Shown piece after piece: positions 9,466 to 19,028 of a DNA stretch of 64,000 nucleotides. The stretch lies in the IMG/VR virus record IMGVR_UViG_3300021598_001271, positions 1 to 64,000 of that record. One strand, written 5' to 3'. The translations under genes were made by a program, and so were the position numbers. Below the pieces are notes generated by a model, which was given only the letters and a program-made list of their open reading frames with translations, was not told where the DNA came from and ran no database searches. This DNA comes from a virus. How positions within the stretch are numbered: the first letter of the stretch is position 1; each line of letters begins with the position of its first letter.

Positions 9466-9527
9466 ATTGTCTGTCTATCTTTGTTTTAAGAATATAAGTG
9501 ATTATTCAAAAAAGTCAAATTAGTTAT

Positions 9528-10091
9528 TTAATTAAAAAGATTTTCTAAATAAACAAACATAGGTTCTAAGTCCTTGTTTGCAGTGTGACGACCAATCATC
9601 AATTCAAAATCTTGATGTTCTTTTTTATACATTTCAAACATACGAGATTTAGTCATCTTTGAGTATTGTACGTTCGCAATACGGTCACATAGTTTAACAA
9701 ATACCGCACCTGGAGTTTGACGTATTCCTTCGTAGTATTTAACACCACCACGTTCTTTACGATTCTTACCTTTCTCGTTGGTAACTGCGTAAACAATATC
9801 CGCAGCTTCTTGACCCAAATGATTCATAACATCATTGTAAGATACTCGAGTATCCTCAATCAAGTCGTGACCCCAAGTCGCCAACATACAAGCTTGCATT
9901 AATGTAACTTGTTCTTGTCTTGGTCCACGATACGGTTCACCTGTGTAGTAATCTACCTCGTTGTCTAACAAATAATTAAAATCTTTTGCCACCTCATTAA
10001 CCATACGAAGATGAAACTCATACGGAAGATAGGTGTCATACATATGGTTTGTGTTTCTGTGTTGGTCTATACACCATTGTTGTTTATCCAT
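9528..10091 (-). CDS. HD-domain (p)ppGpp-hydrolase-like protein (Mesh1/SpoT-like)
   Basis: PYEFHL, GHDLIEDT, VKLCDRIAN. Confidence 0.85.
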   Translation of the reverse strand: MDKQQWCIDQHRNTNHMYDTYLPYEFHLRMVNEVAKDFNYLLDNEVDYYTGEPYRGPRQEQVTLMQACMLATWGHDLIEDTRVSYNDVMNHLGQEAADIVYAVTNEKGKNRKERGGVKYYEGIRQTPGAVFVKLCDRIANVQYSKMTKSRMFEMYKKEHQDFELMIGRHTANKDLEPMFVYLENLFN

Positions 10092-10123
10092 AATCTTGTC
10101 TTTTATATTACAAAGATAATATT

Positions 10124-10486
10124 TTATTTGGTAAGTTCAAAGTAAAAAGTGATTGGATGTGGTGTTTCTTGAACTAAATTGTATTTTTTAGCAAACCTGA
10201 AGTTGGGATTGTATTCATTTAACCTTCTAAGTTGTTCCCCAATTTCTTTTCTAAACTGTTCAACCGAGTGAGATGATTTCCATTTGTTACATACACGACA
10301 AGTTGGTAAAAGATTACTAATATCATTCATCTCTTTGTCTGTATACTTTTTTTGTATCTTCATCTTAAAATGAAATTGCGATACAATGTGGTCAACCTGC
10401 ATTTCTTTGAATTCTATTTCACACCCACAGTAACCGCAGTGTCCACCACATTTATCGTAAACTTCTTGTCTATTAATCTTCTTCAA
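10124..10486 (-). CDS. HNH endonuclease
   Basis: CGYCG..MQVDH..NLLPTCRVCN; probable TTG start at 10486. Confidence 0.85.
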   Translation of the reverse strand: MKKINRQEVYDKCGGHCGYCGCEIEFKEMQVDHIVSQFHFKMKIQKKYTDKEMNDISNLLPTCRVCNKWKSSHSVEQFRKEIGEQLRRLNEYNPNFRFAKKYNLVQETPHPITFYFELTK

Positions 10487-10739
10487 CTTCTTCAGGATTA
10501 AACTGTTCGAAATGGGTGTTCTCATCCATCTCTTTCCATCCACCTTCACCTTCCATATAGGTGAAAGCTAATGTTACAATACAACTTCTTAAACCATCCA
10601 ACTCCCTTTGGATATAGTCAGGGTCAATGATGATTTGTGGGTCCCAACTAGCATCGGTGATTCTACTATTTAGTTTTTCTGCGAGAGAGTTGTAATTAAA
10701 TAACAACTGTCTCCTCAATCCATCCATACTTACTGTCAT
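10473..10739 (-). CDS. Hypothetical protein
   Basis: Operonic ORF. Confidence 0.6.
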   Translation of the reverse strand: MTVSMDGLRRQLLFNYNSLAEKLNSRITDASWDPQIIIDPDYIQRELDGLRSCIVTLAFTYMEGEGGWKEMDENTHFEQFNPEEVEED

Positions 10740-10740
10740 A

Positions 10741-11046
10741 CTAATTCTCCTTTTCGTTTAAACGTTTAACAACTTCATCCTCAATTCTAACTAAGAAGTT
10801 AATATCCTTTTCAACCATATCGTTAATCTTACCCCCAAATCTACCCATAACATCATATAGGTTGGTGTAGAATCTACACATATTAAACTTCAACTTGATT
10901 TGAGTGTACTTGAATCCAGGGACTTTTGTTAATCCTTCAAACACTTCATCAAGATATTCGATAACTGCTGGTATTGCAATATCAAGCCCGTAGTGACCTT
11001 CTTCAAGATATTCTCCATATTTTTCATTAAATTCATTAGTCGTCAT
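10741..11046 (-). CDS. Hypothetical protein
   Basis: QIKLKFNMCRFY motif; ATG at 11046. Confidence 0.65.
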   Translation of the reverse strand: MTTNEFNEKYGEYLEEGHYGLDIAIPAVIEYLDEVFEGLTKVPGFKYTQIKLKFNMCRFYTNLYDVMGRFGGKINDMVEKDINFLVRIEDEVVKRLNEKEN

Positions 11047-11248
11047 ATTCTTCTTCATAACTTTCAATTTTATCATTAACGTATTCACGTATTTTTTTCA
11101 TACTCTCCAAAAACTCCAATCGTAATTTATGGAACTCCTCATCCTTAATTTCCTCAAAACTTGAGTAATGTTCAAAACAATAATCAATACCTTCATTTCC
11201 CATTCGGTACTGAACCATTTGCCAATCTTCCAATTCTTCTAAAGTCAT
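11036..11248 (-). CDS. Hypothetical protein
   Basis: ATG at 11248; operonic. Confidence 0.6.
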   Translation of the reverse strand: MTLEELEDWQMVQYRMGNEGIDYCFEHYSSFEEIKDEEFHKLRLEFLESMKKIREYVNDKIESYEEEYDD

Positions 11249-11252
11249 AATA

Positions 11253-11612
11253 TTAATTTTTACAAAAGTAGATATTTTCAGGGAAACTTCCAAACACAAA
11301 TTTAGTTACGTCACAAAGCCACATATCTAATTTGTATTCAAGACCCATATAACTAACCAATTTATACCAAGCACCTGTACCCATTTCCCATCCTTCTAAC
11401 GTACCCAAATATTTCATTTCAAGTATCTCAGAACCTTCAAAAGGGACGGTAGATAATGTAAGAAATACCGTTTCCTCTCCTTGAGACAGTAACTCAAGGA
11501 ATAAATCGGCACCTGCAACCATTTCCAATTCATCAACACTACCCTCCCATTCAGGTAAATCAACATACCATCGACCGACTTCAGTTTTATAAAATTTGAA
11601 CGTTCTCCTCAT
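11253..11612 (-). CDS. DUF6717-like protein
   Basis: WYVDLPEW..LEMVAGAD..WLCDVTKFVFG..P..IY. Confidence 0.65.
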   Translation of the reverse strand: MRRTFKFYKTEVGRWYVDLPEWEGSVDELEMVAGADLFLELLSQGEETVFLTLSTVPFEGSEILEMKYLGTLEGWEMGTGAWYKLVSYMGLEYKLDMWLCDVTKFVFGSFPENIYFCKN

Positions 11613-12340
11613 TATTGTTCCATTGTTGGTTTTAACCACATTAATTTATTCTCAAAGATATATCTTTTAAGTCTTGGGTAATCATTCAAAGTATCCAAAG
11701 TGTCCATCGTATCGTGTTTGAAACACTTATACAACTCTTCTCGGATTCTCTCAGAAGAAACAACCTTCATCTTATTTTCATAGTCGTAGTTGTTGATATA
11801 GTAATCTAAGTGTCTCAAACTAAATCCTTTGGTGATTGCAAAACGAATCGCTCTTAAAATACGAAGTGGGTCATCGTCAAATGTTTGTTTTGTCGGTAGT
11901 GGAGTAGTCAAAACCATTTTATCTAAGTCCTTCATTCCACCAAACAAATCTATAATCTCACCATCATCACCTTTCGCCATCGCATTAACAGTAAAGTCCC
12001 TACGTTCTAAATCGTCTTTAAGAGTCCCTGGTATTACGATAGGTGTTCTTGTACCTTCCACATACCCAATCTCTTTTCGAGCCATTACGAAGTCGGCAAC
12101 ACCTTGATACTTGTGGTCTTTTGGGAACTTAGCTCTAACGGTAAAACAATCAGGTGTTGATAGGAAAATATCAAACTTCTCATTAGTTAGGTATGTTTCC
12201 AAAACCACGAACATCTCGTGTGCGGTTTTGTATCTATCCAATAACGTATCGTTAGGGACTGCAACATAGTCCACATCCTTGGATTGAAGACCTAAAATCT
12301 CATCCCTAACTTTTCCACCAACTTCATAAAATTTAAACAT
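11612..12340 (-). CDS. cca: tRNA nucleotidyltransferase (CCA-adding/poly(A) polymerase family)
   Basis: VGGKVRD..DVD, DLERRDFTVNAMA, DDPLRILRAIRF, ERIREEL. Confidence 0.9.
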   Translation of the reverse strand: MFKFYEVGGKVRDEILGLQSKDVDYVAVPNDTLLDRYKTAHEMFVVLETYLTNEKFDIFLSTPDCFTVRAKFPKDHKYQGVADFVMARKEIGYVEGTRTPIVIPGTLKDDLERRDFTVNAMAKGDDGEIIDLFGGMKDLDKMVLTTPLPTKQTFDDDPLRILRAIRFAITKGFSLRHLDYYINNYDYENKMKVVSSERIREELYKCFKHDTMDTLDTLNDYPRLKRYIFENKLMWLKPTMEQ

Positions 12341-12341
12341 A

Positions 12342-12947
12342 CTACAAACTTAATATTTTTTCTTTAATTTTCCTAACCCAACTTTTCTTTTCAGGTTTAC
12401 TAACTGGTAATACAAGACTAGATTGATTGAATAAATCTCTACCACCGCCTAACATCATTTCTATTCTTTCTCTTTCAACCTCCATCCTTCTTTTTTCATA
12501 TTCCTCTCTAATACGTTCCTGACCAGCCCATCTCATAAACCTTTCATATCTAGGATGAACTACTATTATACCATTTCTCGGTCTAAAAGTGTAAGGGTCG
12601 TAACCACTACCTTGTGTTAATACCTTTTGAAACAGTTCGAAGTATGTCATTCTAACACACTTTTGAGTGTATTCATTAATTCTGATTAATATATTAAAAT
12701 TACAAAACTCAGTAATATCAAACCATTCAAGTAATTTATCTGTAGTTGCCAGAATCGCCTCCAACATAATATTAGGATTACGATATTCGTTTCTAATATC
12801 AAAAACCAATTCATAGTTTTCATATGTTTTATACATACATAAACCCTGTAGTAACTCACCGCAGTTATCCTGTTCAGTAATCCGAATTGTAATCCGAATT
12901 AGATTATTGAATATGTCGGTAATACGGTCTTCTCGATTATGGTACAT
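12342..12947 (-). CDS. Hypothetical protein
   Basis: Operonic ORF. Confidence 0.55.
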   Translation of the reverse strand: MYHNREDRITDIFNNLIRITIRITEQDNCGELLQGLCMYKTYENYELVFDIRNEYRNPNIMLEAILATTDKLLEWFDITEFCNFNILIRINEYTQKCVRMTYFELFQKVLTQGSGYDPYTFRPRNGIIVVHPRYERFMRWAGQERIREEYEKRRMEVERERIEMMLGGGRDLFNQSSLVLPVSKPEKKSWVRKIKEKILSL

Positions 12948-13548
12948 ACAATACGGTTGGGTTTTTCTTTTGAATATCAATATCAGGATATCTTTCCTTA
13001 AACTTCATAACATTAAATGGTTGAGTAATGATGTGGATACCACTCTTAGTTTTAATGAAGGTCATACCTTGCTCCTTCTTAGCTTCAAGTTGTAATTCAT
13101 TAATATACTCTCTCATTGAGATGTAATACGAATCGTGATTAAAACTATCTATCGATACGTTATCGATGTCAATTACCCATCTCTTCTCATTAGTTTTGAT
13201 TTGTCCGACAACACTATCGAATAATCCTTTCTGATTGTGTACTCCGTTTTTGATTCTTTCTGCGAGTGACATCATCATATCTAAAGAAACATCACTGTGG
13301 TTTTGTTTCTGTACGTGAATGTAAGCTCGGGCATTGAACATCTCACAAAGTTGCTTAATCTCGTCGTATCTTTTCTCAAGATACTGAACACTATCCACAC
13401 AATAAGTTTTGATAGTTCTAACTGACTGGTGGTTATCTCTTTCCCCCTCAGGTTGGTCCTTCTTCCTCTTAAACACATAAAGCATATAAAAGTCACCTTC
13501 TTTCTCGAAGTTAAGCAGGGTCTTAATTACGTTTATATTATCTATCAT
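12937..13548 (-). CDS. Conserved-looking phage protein with a primase/polymerase-like DID..KTKSGxH motif
   Basis: WVIDID and KTKSGIHII; ATG 13548 after TATATTTG. Confidence 0.6.
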   Translation of the reverse strand: MIDNINVIKTLLNFEKEGDFYMLYVFKRKKDQPEGERDNHQSVRTIKTYCVDSVQYLEKRYDEIKQLCEMFNARAYIHVQKQNHSDVSLDMMMSLAERIKNGVHNQKGLFDSVVGQIKTNEKRWVIDIDNVSIDSFNHDSYYISMREYINELQLEAKKEQGMTFIKTKSGIHIITQPFNVMKFKERYPDIDIQKKNPTVLYVP

Positions 13549-13593
13549 AGAGCAAATATAAGAAATTAATTTTAAACCGCAATATTTATAGTT

Positions 13594-14202
13594 ATGAAAA
13601 TTACTATTACAGAACAACAATATAAAATATTGGTCGAGGACGCTCAGATTGAACCGTCTAAAACCGCAGTCAAAAATATCTGTACTGCGGAAAAATTCTG
13701 TAGTAGTCAAGGTAAAATTACTTTTGGTCAGTTAAGAGCACTTGTTGAGGCGGGTAAAAAAGAAAGACTTCTTAAACATATTGGTGAAGGGGGATTTAAA
13801 GCAATGATTAGAATTGTTCCTTGGTTTTTACCTCAGGCGGCGATTGCAGGGTTCATTGGTTCAACTGCAAGAGCTTTAAACAAATTATTTAAACCAGCAC
13901 TTACTGAAACTGAATCTTATAAAACTTGGTGGGGTAAAGTAGTTTTAAAGTCATTTAAACTATCCGAAGGTGAGTTGAACTTGGAAGACCCATTCTCAAG
14001 AATATTCTTTATATCTGATGGTCTTATGACAATGTTAGATGATAAGTATAAAGTTAAGTTCGCTAACCATATTTCAGATATCGCATCATCAATGGATGAT
14101 AATACCGAAGTACCTGAATTATTTGTAGAAAATGAATTAAGGAAATGGGTTAATGATAAATTCTTTTTAGACCCACCCTTACCTGAAAAAATAATACAAT
14201 AA
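13594..14202 (+). CDS. Leader-bearing hypothetical protein
   Basis: MKITITEQQYKILVE; TATTTAT at 13583. Confidence 0.75.
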   Translation: MKITITEQQYKILVEDAQIEPSKTAVKNICTAEKFCSSQGKITFGQLRALVEAGKKERLLKHIGEGGFKAMIRIVPWFLPQAAIAGFIGSTARALNKLFKPALTETESYKTWWGKVVLKSFKLSEGELNLEDPFSRIFFISDGLMTMLDDKYKVKFANHISDIASSMDDNTEVPELFVENELRKWVNDKFFLDPPLPEKIIQ

Positions 14203-14230
14203 AAAAACCCTCTTTCGAGGGTTTCTTTTT
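14201..14230. terminator. Bidirectional terminator
   Basis: AAACCCTC-TTTC-GAGGGTTT between convergent genes. Confidence 0.8.
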
Positions 14231-14965
14231 TTACATCATCTTCAAGATGACTTCGGTTCTACCATCCCATTTGATGATTCTTGATTTTGGAATCCAAAAT
14301 TCCATCTCACCGATTTCCTCAACTTTCGCCAAGTACTCATCACGGAATCTTTCGGCTTGACTTGCGTCTGTGATGTACTCAACTCCCATATGTTTAGCAC
14401 AAGTCTTACCCATTCTTGTCAACATTGAGAACTCGTCAGTCAAGGTCTTAGCACAACACATACAAACATCACCACGTTTAACTGTCATCTTACCTGAGAA
14501 CTTAACCGCTTTTGGTGACACCGCCAACACCTTAGTGATGTCAATCAAGATTGGGTTGAACTTAAGTTCGTAAGTCTCTCTCAAACCTTGTCCGATGGTA
14601 CGTCCGATTTTGATAGTCTCACCGATAGTTGGGATGTTCAAGTTAACAGTGTTCGCTTTAGTATCCTCTTTTTGGATTTGTCCAATAGCCGCACTCACTT
14701 GTTTGTCCGACAATTTACCATACTTCTCAAGTTTAGATTGGATTTCTTTAACGAAAGAGTTCTCTCCTTGGTAAGATTGGATTCTCTTCATATCCTCGGT
14801 CATCTCAACCTGTTTAGCCTCAACAGGGGCGTTTAAGATTTTTTCAACTGCGTTTGCCTGAGCTTGAGTTAAAGAACCGTACTTTGCAACCGCGTCTTTC
14901 ATTTTATTGATGAAAGAGTTTTGACCTTTGTAATTCTGAACTTTTTGGGTGATGGTAGATGTCAT
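14231..14965 (-). CDS. Early protein with two ~35-aa repeats and a C-terminal Zn-finger-like motif
   Basis: YxGxNSF..KYGxLxxxQ occurs twice; CMCC..LTD..GKTCAKH. Confidence 0.75.
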   Translation of the reverse strand: MTSTITQKVQNYKGQNSFINKMKDAVAKYGSLTQAQANAVEKILNAPVEAKQVEMTEDMKRIQSYQGENSFVKEIQSKLEKYGKLSDKQVSAAIGQIQKEDTKANTVNLNIPTIGETIKIGRTIGQGLRETYELKFNPILIDITKVLAVSPKAVKFSGKMTVKRGDVCMCCAKTLTDEFSMLTRMGKTCAKHMGVEYITDASQAERFRDEYLAKVEEIGEMEFWIPKSRIIKWDGRTEVILKMM

Positions 14966-14974
14966 AGTTGTATC

Positions 14975-14996
14975 GTTTTGTGAATACAAAGATACA
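14975..14996 (-). promoter_or_regulatory. Bacteroidetes-type (TAnnTTTG) early promoter
   Basis: TATCTTTG at 14987-14994; also at 7398, 10111, 17394, 18418(+), 25816, 27176, 44513, 57369. Confidence 0.8.
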
Positions 14997-15030
14997 ACAA
15001 TAATCCGAATCTACAAGGAATTTTTTAAAA

Positions 15031-15968
15031 TTATTTTTCTTTTTCGTGAATGAAGTTGAATTTCACGTTAGACCTGTCTTCAATGTTTTTACCCCAAGGT
15101 TGGTGTTTTCCTACGTAGTTAGTGAAGTCACTTTGAATAACCCTAACAATGTTCTTTTCAACCTTTTCTTTTGTTACACCAGGTAATTCACCTTTTGTGT
15201 AGTTTTCAGGTGTTTTAACGGCTTTGTTACCATCGCGTCTATTAACTTCCATAACGTTAACATCAACAACAATTTTACCGTCTTCTTCTCTAACATCAGT
15301 TATTTTAAATTTAACTTTAAATCCAACATCGTTAGGATTAACATCATTACGGTCTTCCCATCCTACCTGAGAAGTAACGTTTTTAGGTCTTTTACTGATT
15401 AAACTTTCTTTATCCTTAACCGCACTTTTGACTTTGTTTTTCATTATATCATCAAGAGTTGCAGACCTTTCAAGTTTTGACATCTCATCTTGAGTAACAA
15501 GTACCACATCTTTACCAATGTTACTATCATATTTAACAGGATTAGCATTAGACATTTGTCTACCTGTTGAACTTGAGTATCTTCTTGTTACCTCGTACCA
15601 CACACCTTGTTTGAACAGATATACAGGATACCATCCATAAGAATAAACCGCGTAAACTCCCAAGCCTTAGTGTTTGGTATTGTTCTACTTCTGAACTCTT
15701 TAACACCTTTAAAATTTTCGTGAGTTAAGTTCTCGTAGTCTCCGTCTTCTCTATAGTTAAGAGCAAACATCTCATAGTAAAACGCCGCTAACGCAGGGTC
15801 TAATCCCATACTTTTCAAAGTTGTGGTAATTAATTCCATTAACTTTGGTTTTGTTTTAGCGTCCTTCTTTTTACTATTAATATATTTGAATAACATAATC
15901 TCAGTACGACTTAAAGGATTCGTACCAGTATTTTGTTCTCTTAATATTTTACGGATTATTTCTCTCAT
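15031..15968 (-). pseudogene. Leader-bearing gene split by an apparent frameshift or deletion near 15655
   Basis: Two overlapping ORFs switch frame at TGGGAGTTTAC; second ORF has only a TTG start. Confidence 0.55.
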
Positions 15969-16017
15969 ATGTTATAAATATTCAGGAAATAAAAAAACCC
16001 TCATAAGAGGGTTTTAA

Positions 16018-16911
16018 TTATTGAGTTAACATTAAACATATCACAGGACAACTATAAGTCTTAGGACCTGTACTACTATGATTGTAAGTGTAAGCAACCG
16101 TATGCGGTTCGTCAAACAATATCTCACCAACTTTTTCCTCTATTCCTTCCAATTCATATGACCCATCAACATCTATTATAAACAACCTAGGTACATTAGA
16201 GAATCTTGCTTCATCACCCAACTCCATAAGATATCTTGTAACCTCATACGGTTGTTCTAAAGCAACTTCTCTCCAATTATCACCATAGGTATCCATAAAC
16301 TGATTAGTAACACTCCTTGAGACCTTTTGGTCGAATCCAATACCGTGTATATAGAAATCAATCCCACCTCTATGTGAGAATGTTGGGATAATATCTTGGT
16401 CGGCATTGAAGATTAGATATTCAAGGTAATCGTTCCTAAGTGTATTGAATATCTTTAGGTATGAGAACTTTTCAACGTCCTTCTGAGTTCGTCTTAAACC
16501 CTCCTCAAATTTACTTTCGTCAGATACTGACGGATAAACAACGGTCTTAACCGCATAAGCATCAAACTGTCCAGATACGAACGGCCACTTGTAATCGGTA
16601 TAACCCATATCAAAATACTTTTTCTTGAATTGGTTAAATGTTTTTTTAGCCGATTTACCTCTCAAGTACTTCTCAGTATTTTTAAACATATCTCTAAGGA
16701 CCTGTTTAGCCGACTCATATTCCCAGTTGTCAATTATAAACTGCGTTACATCAGTAAGTTGTTTGTTATCTATCACCTCCAAACCTTTACGGTTTAACTT
16801 GGTAGGGACATTCCATACATCTTTCATAGACAATAAGAAAGCAAGTTGGGTCTCCCTCGACCCGAGGATTAACCCAACCTGTTCTTTTGTTATACCGTTC
16901 TTTATATTCAT
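16018..16911 (-). CDS. PD-(D/E)XK restriction-endonuclease-like protein
   Basis: E..., GIDFY..FDQKVS motif. Confidence 0.5.
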   Translation of the reverse strand: MNIKNGITKEQVGLILGSRETQLAFLLSMKDVWNVPTKLNRKGLEVIDNKQLTDVTQFIIDNWEYESAKQVLRDMFKNTEKYLRGKSAKKTFNQFKKKYFDMGYTDYKWPFVSGQFDAYAVKTVVYPSVSDESKFEEGLRRTQKDVEKFSYLKIFNTLRNDYLEYLIFNADQDIIPTFSHRGGIDFYIHGIGFDQKVSRSVTNQFMDTYGDNWREVALEQPYEVTRYLMELGDEARFSNVPRLFIIDVDGSYELEGIEEKVGEILFDEPHTVAYTYNHSSTGPKTYSCPVICLMLTQ

Positions 16912-16912
16912 A

Positions 16913-17374
16913 TTAGTTTTGAGTGAAGGCTTTGTCTGCCCAAGTTTTAGCTCCCATACGCTCCCAAATTTGCATATCACACATTTCAGGGAATGACTCT
17001 CTCATAGTTCCTACAGTCAACGCCTCCAAGAAACCTTTGTCGATTGAGTACCATTTACCACCTTTGGTTGTGAACACGTTCATCCATTGACCATACTCGT
17101 TCTTAGCTTGGATATTTACAAGGGTGTTTTTCTTGTACCCACGGATAACACTTGCTGGTGTTCCTTTGGTATCGTGAATAGATACGAATCCTGCTTGACA
17201 TTTTCCTGCGATACGGAATTCGTATTCTTTGTCGCCATCTTTCAAATGGTTAGATACCATTACGTTGATGACTTTATCTTTGATTCGAGTCTTGAATGAG
17301 CCGTAGAATACGTCTCCTGCCATAGTTCCTTCAGTTACTTTGATGATTGGGGTGGTGGTGTTTGTAGTTGTCAT
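16913..17374 (-). CDS. Early hypothetical protein
   Basis: ATG 17374 after promoter at 17394. Confidence 0.7.
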   Translation of the reverse strand: MTTTNTTTPIIKVTEGTMAGDVFYGSFKTRIKDKVINVMVSNHLKDGDKEYEFRIAGKCQAGFVSIHDTKGTPASVIRGYKKNTLVNIQAKNEYGQWMNVFTTKGGKWYSIDKGFLEALTVGTMRESFPEMCDMQIWERMGAKTWADKAFTQN

Positions 17375-17425
17375 ATCTTTATCGTTTAGAATACAAAGAT
17401 ACAATAAATTTCCGAACTGCCAAAA

Positions 17426-17872
17426 CTATTTGTAAAATTCTATCATTTCTTTTGCGTGATTGATTAAAGACTGTTCAACATTAGGTACTTTATATAGAAA
17501 TGATAATTCATATTCGTAGGCTAATATCTCTTCTCTAACAACGTCACCTTCTTTACATTGTCTCCATCTAAACATATGAAATGATTCGTGAACAATAACC
17601 GCAGCAATGTTATTAATAGAATTTAATCTCATATCTTTTTGAGATATCATAATTGTGGTCTTATCCTCCAACGTTGAAAAGTCCCCGTTCCAAAATGTAA
17701 TATGTTTACAGTTACTCATTAAACTGTCATATTTTTTAGGGTCATAGGTTTTGATAACAATTAATGCGGAATCAACTTTTGACTTCCAATTGTCCCCTAT
17801 ATCATCAATCTTAATTTGTGAGTATAAATTAAAACTTGTTAGGAGTAAGATTAGTAATAGAATGTGTCTCAT
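17426..17872 (-). CDS. Secreted HExxH metallopeptidase-like protein
   Basis: Signal peptide; IVHESFH and downstream EE. Confidence 0.65.
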   Translation of the reverse strand: MRHILLLILLLTSFNLYSQIKIDDIGDNWKSKVDSALIVIKTYDPKKYDSLMSNCKHITFWNGDFSTLEDKTTIMISQKDMRLNSINNIAAVIVHESFHMFRWRQCKEGDVVREEILAYEYELSFLYKVPNVEQSLINHAKEMIEFYK

Positions 17873-17916
17873 ACTAATAAGTATAATAAAAAACCCCCAA
17901 CAAGTGGGGGTTTTAG

Positions 17917-18369
17917 TTATTTTAAATTTCTTAATTTATAAAGTGTCGAATATATTAACTCCTCAACGGTATCAATTTGGTTCTGTATGTAAGAATCTTT
18001 ACAACAGTCTCTTTTACTACTGACCATTTCTCCAAGGTCCTTAAAGTATTTAATAAGTTGTTCTACATTTTTATAATCTTTAAACTCATAAGATTTGTAA
18101 CCTTTAAGTAAGTCGTACTTACCTTGGTAACTTTCAATAATTCCATCTAATCTACCACCTATCTCAGTGTAATATCCTCCAAGTGCCATATGTTCAGCAA
18201 ATGAGGTCTGTGATTTAGTTTGTAAATGAAACATATGTACTTGTGTTTCTGAGTGGAATAGTTCAGAAACCATCTCAACTAATTTTTTTTCACTGTTATT
18301 TTTTTGTTCTGTAACAACGTTCGTACTTTTAGAGGTACCACCTAATATTTCTTTTTTTGTAAATTCCAT
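17917..18369 (-). CDS. Ferritin/Dps-like protein (DUF5856-like)
   Basis: HMFHLQT..AEHMAL..YY..D..E..QG; IQNQID..TLYKL. Confidence 0.75.
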   Translation of the reverse strand: MEFTKKEILGGTSKSTNVVTEQKNNSEKKLVEMVSELFHSETQVHMFHLQTKSQTSFAEHMALGGYYTEIGGRLDGIIESYQGKYDLLKGYKSYEFKDYKNVEQLIKYFKDLGEMVSSKRDCCKDSYIQNQIDTVEELIYSTLYKLRNLK

Positions 18370-18429
18370 TTTGTTTCTTGTTTAGTAATAAATATTTGTA
18401 AATAAGAAAAAAAGTAGTATCTTTGTTAT

Positions 18430-19002
18430 ATGAAATATATCGTATCCATATTATTCTTGTTTGTCTCAGTTTCTTTGTTCGGTCAAAACATCGATTACAG
18501 TAACTTTGATAAAAAATTGTTCGAGAATACTTTGTTTGAGGTTCTTAACGAAAGACGTGAATCTAAAGGTGTTGATACTTTGGTTTGGTCTAAAGTTTTG
18601 TACAAAGAGGTTTCTGTTCATAATATGAATATCATCACAAAGACTAACAAGTTACACCACCCTGATTTCAGTGCGGCTTGGGATTCTTTACGTGTTCGTC
18701 AATTATTGGCTAACGAGTCTGATAAAGTTATTGGTGGTAAAACTTTTGTTAGTTCAACTACAGGTCCTTTCATCACTTACTTTGAAAACGTTTATTGGAC
18801 TATCAAATCTGATATGACTTATCGTCAATTAGCCGAAAAGGTCATCAACGCTTGGGAAAAATCTCCATCACACAATGCGGTACAATACGCTAGCTTACTA
18901 CAAAAAGGTAAACCTGGTATGGCGTCTTGTACTATTGGATTTGTAAAAGGTACTGATGACTTATATGTAATCTTTAACTTTGTAGAAATCTACAGAAAAT
19001 AA
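18430..19002 (+). CDS. Secreted CAP/SCP-domain protein
   Basis: Signal peptide; LNERR..H..EN..WEKSPSHN. Confidence 0.75.
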   Translation: MKYIVSILFLFVSVSLFGQNIDYSNFDKKLFENTLFEVLNERRESKGVDTLVWSKVLYKEVSVHNMNIITKTNKLHHPDFSAAWDSLRVRQLLANESDKVIGGKTFVSSTTGPFITYFENVYWTIKSDMTYRQLAEKVINAWEKSPSHNAVQYASLLQKGKPGMASCTIGFVKGTDDLYVIFNFVEIYRK

Positions 19003-19028
19003 AAAAGGAGTCCTAAGACTCCTTTTTT

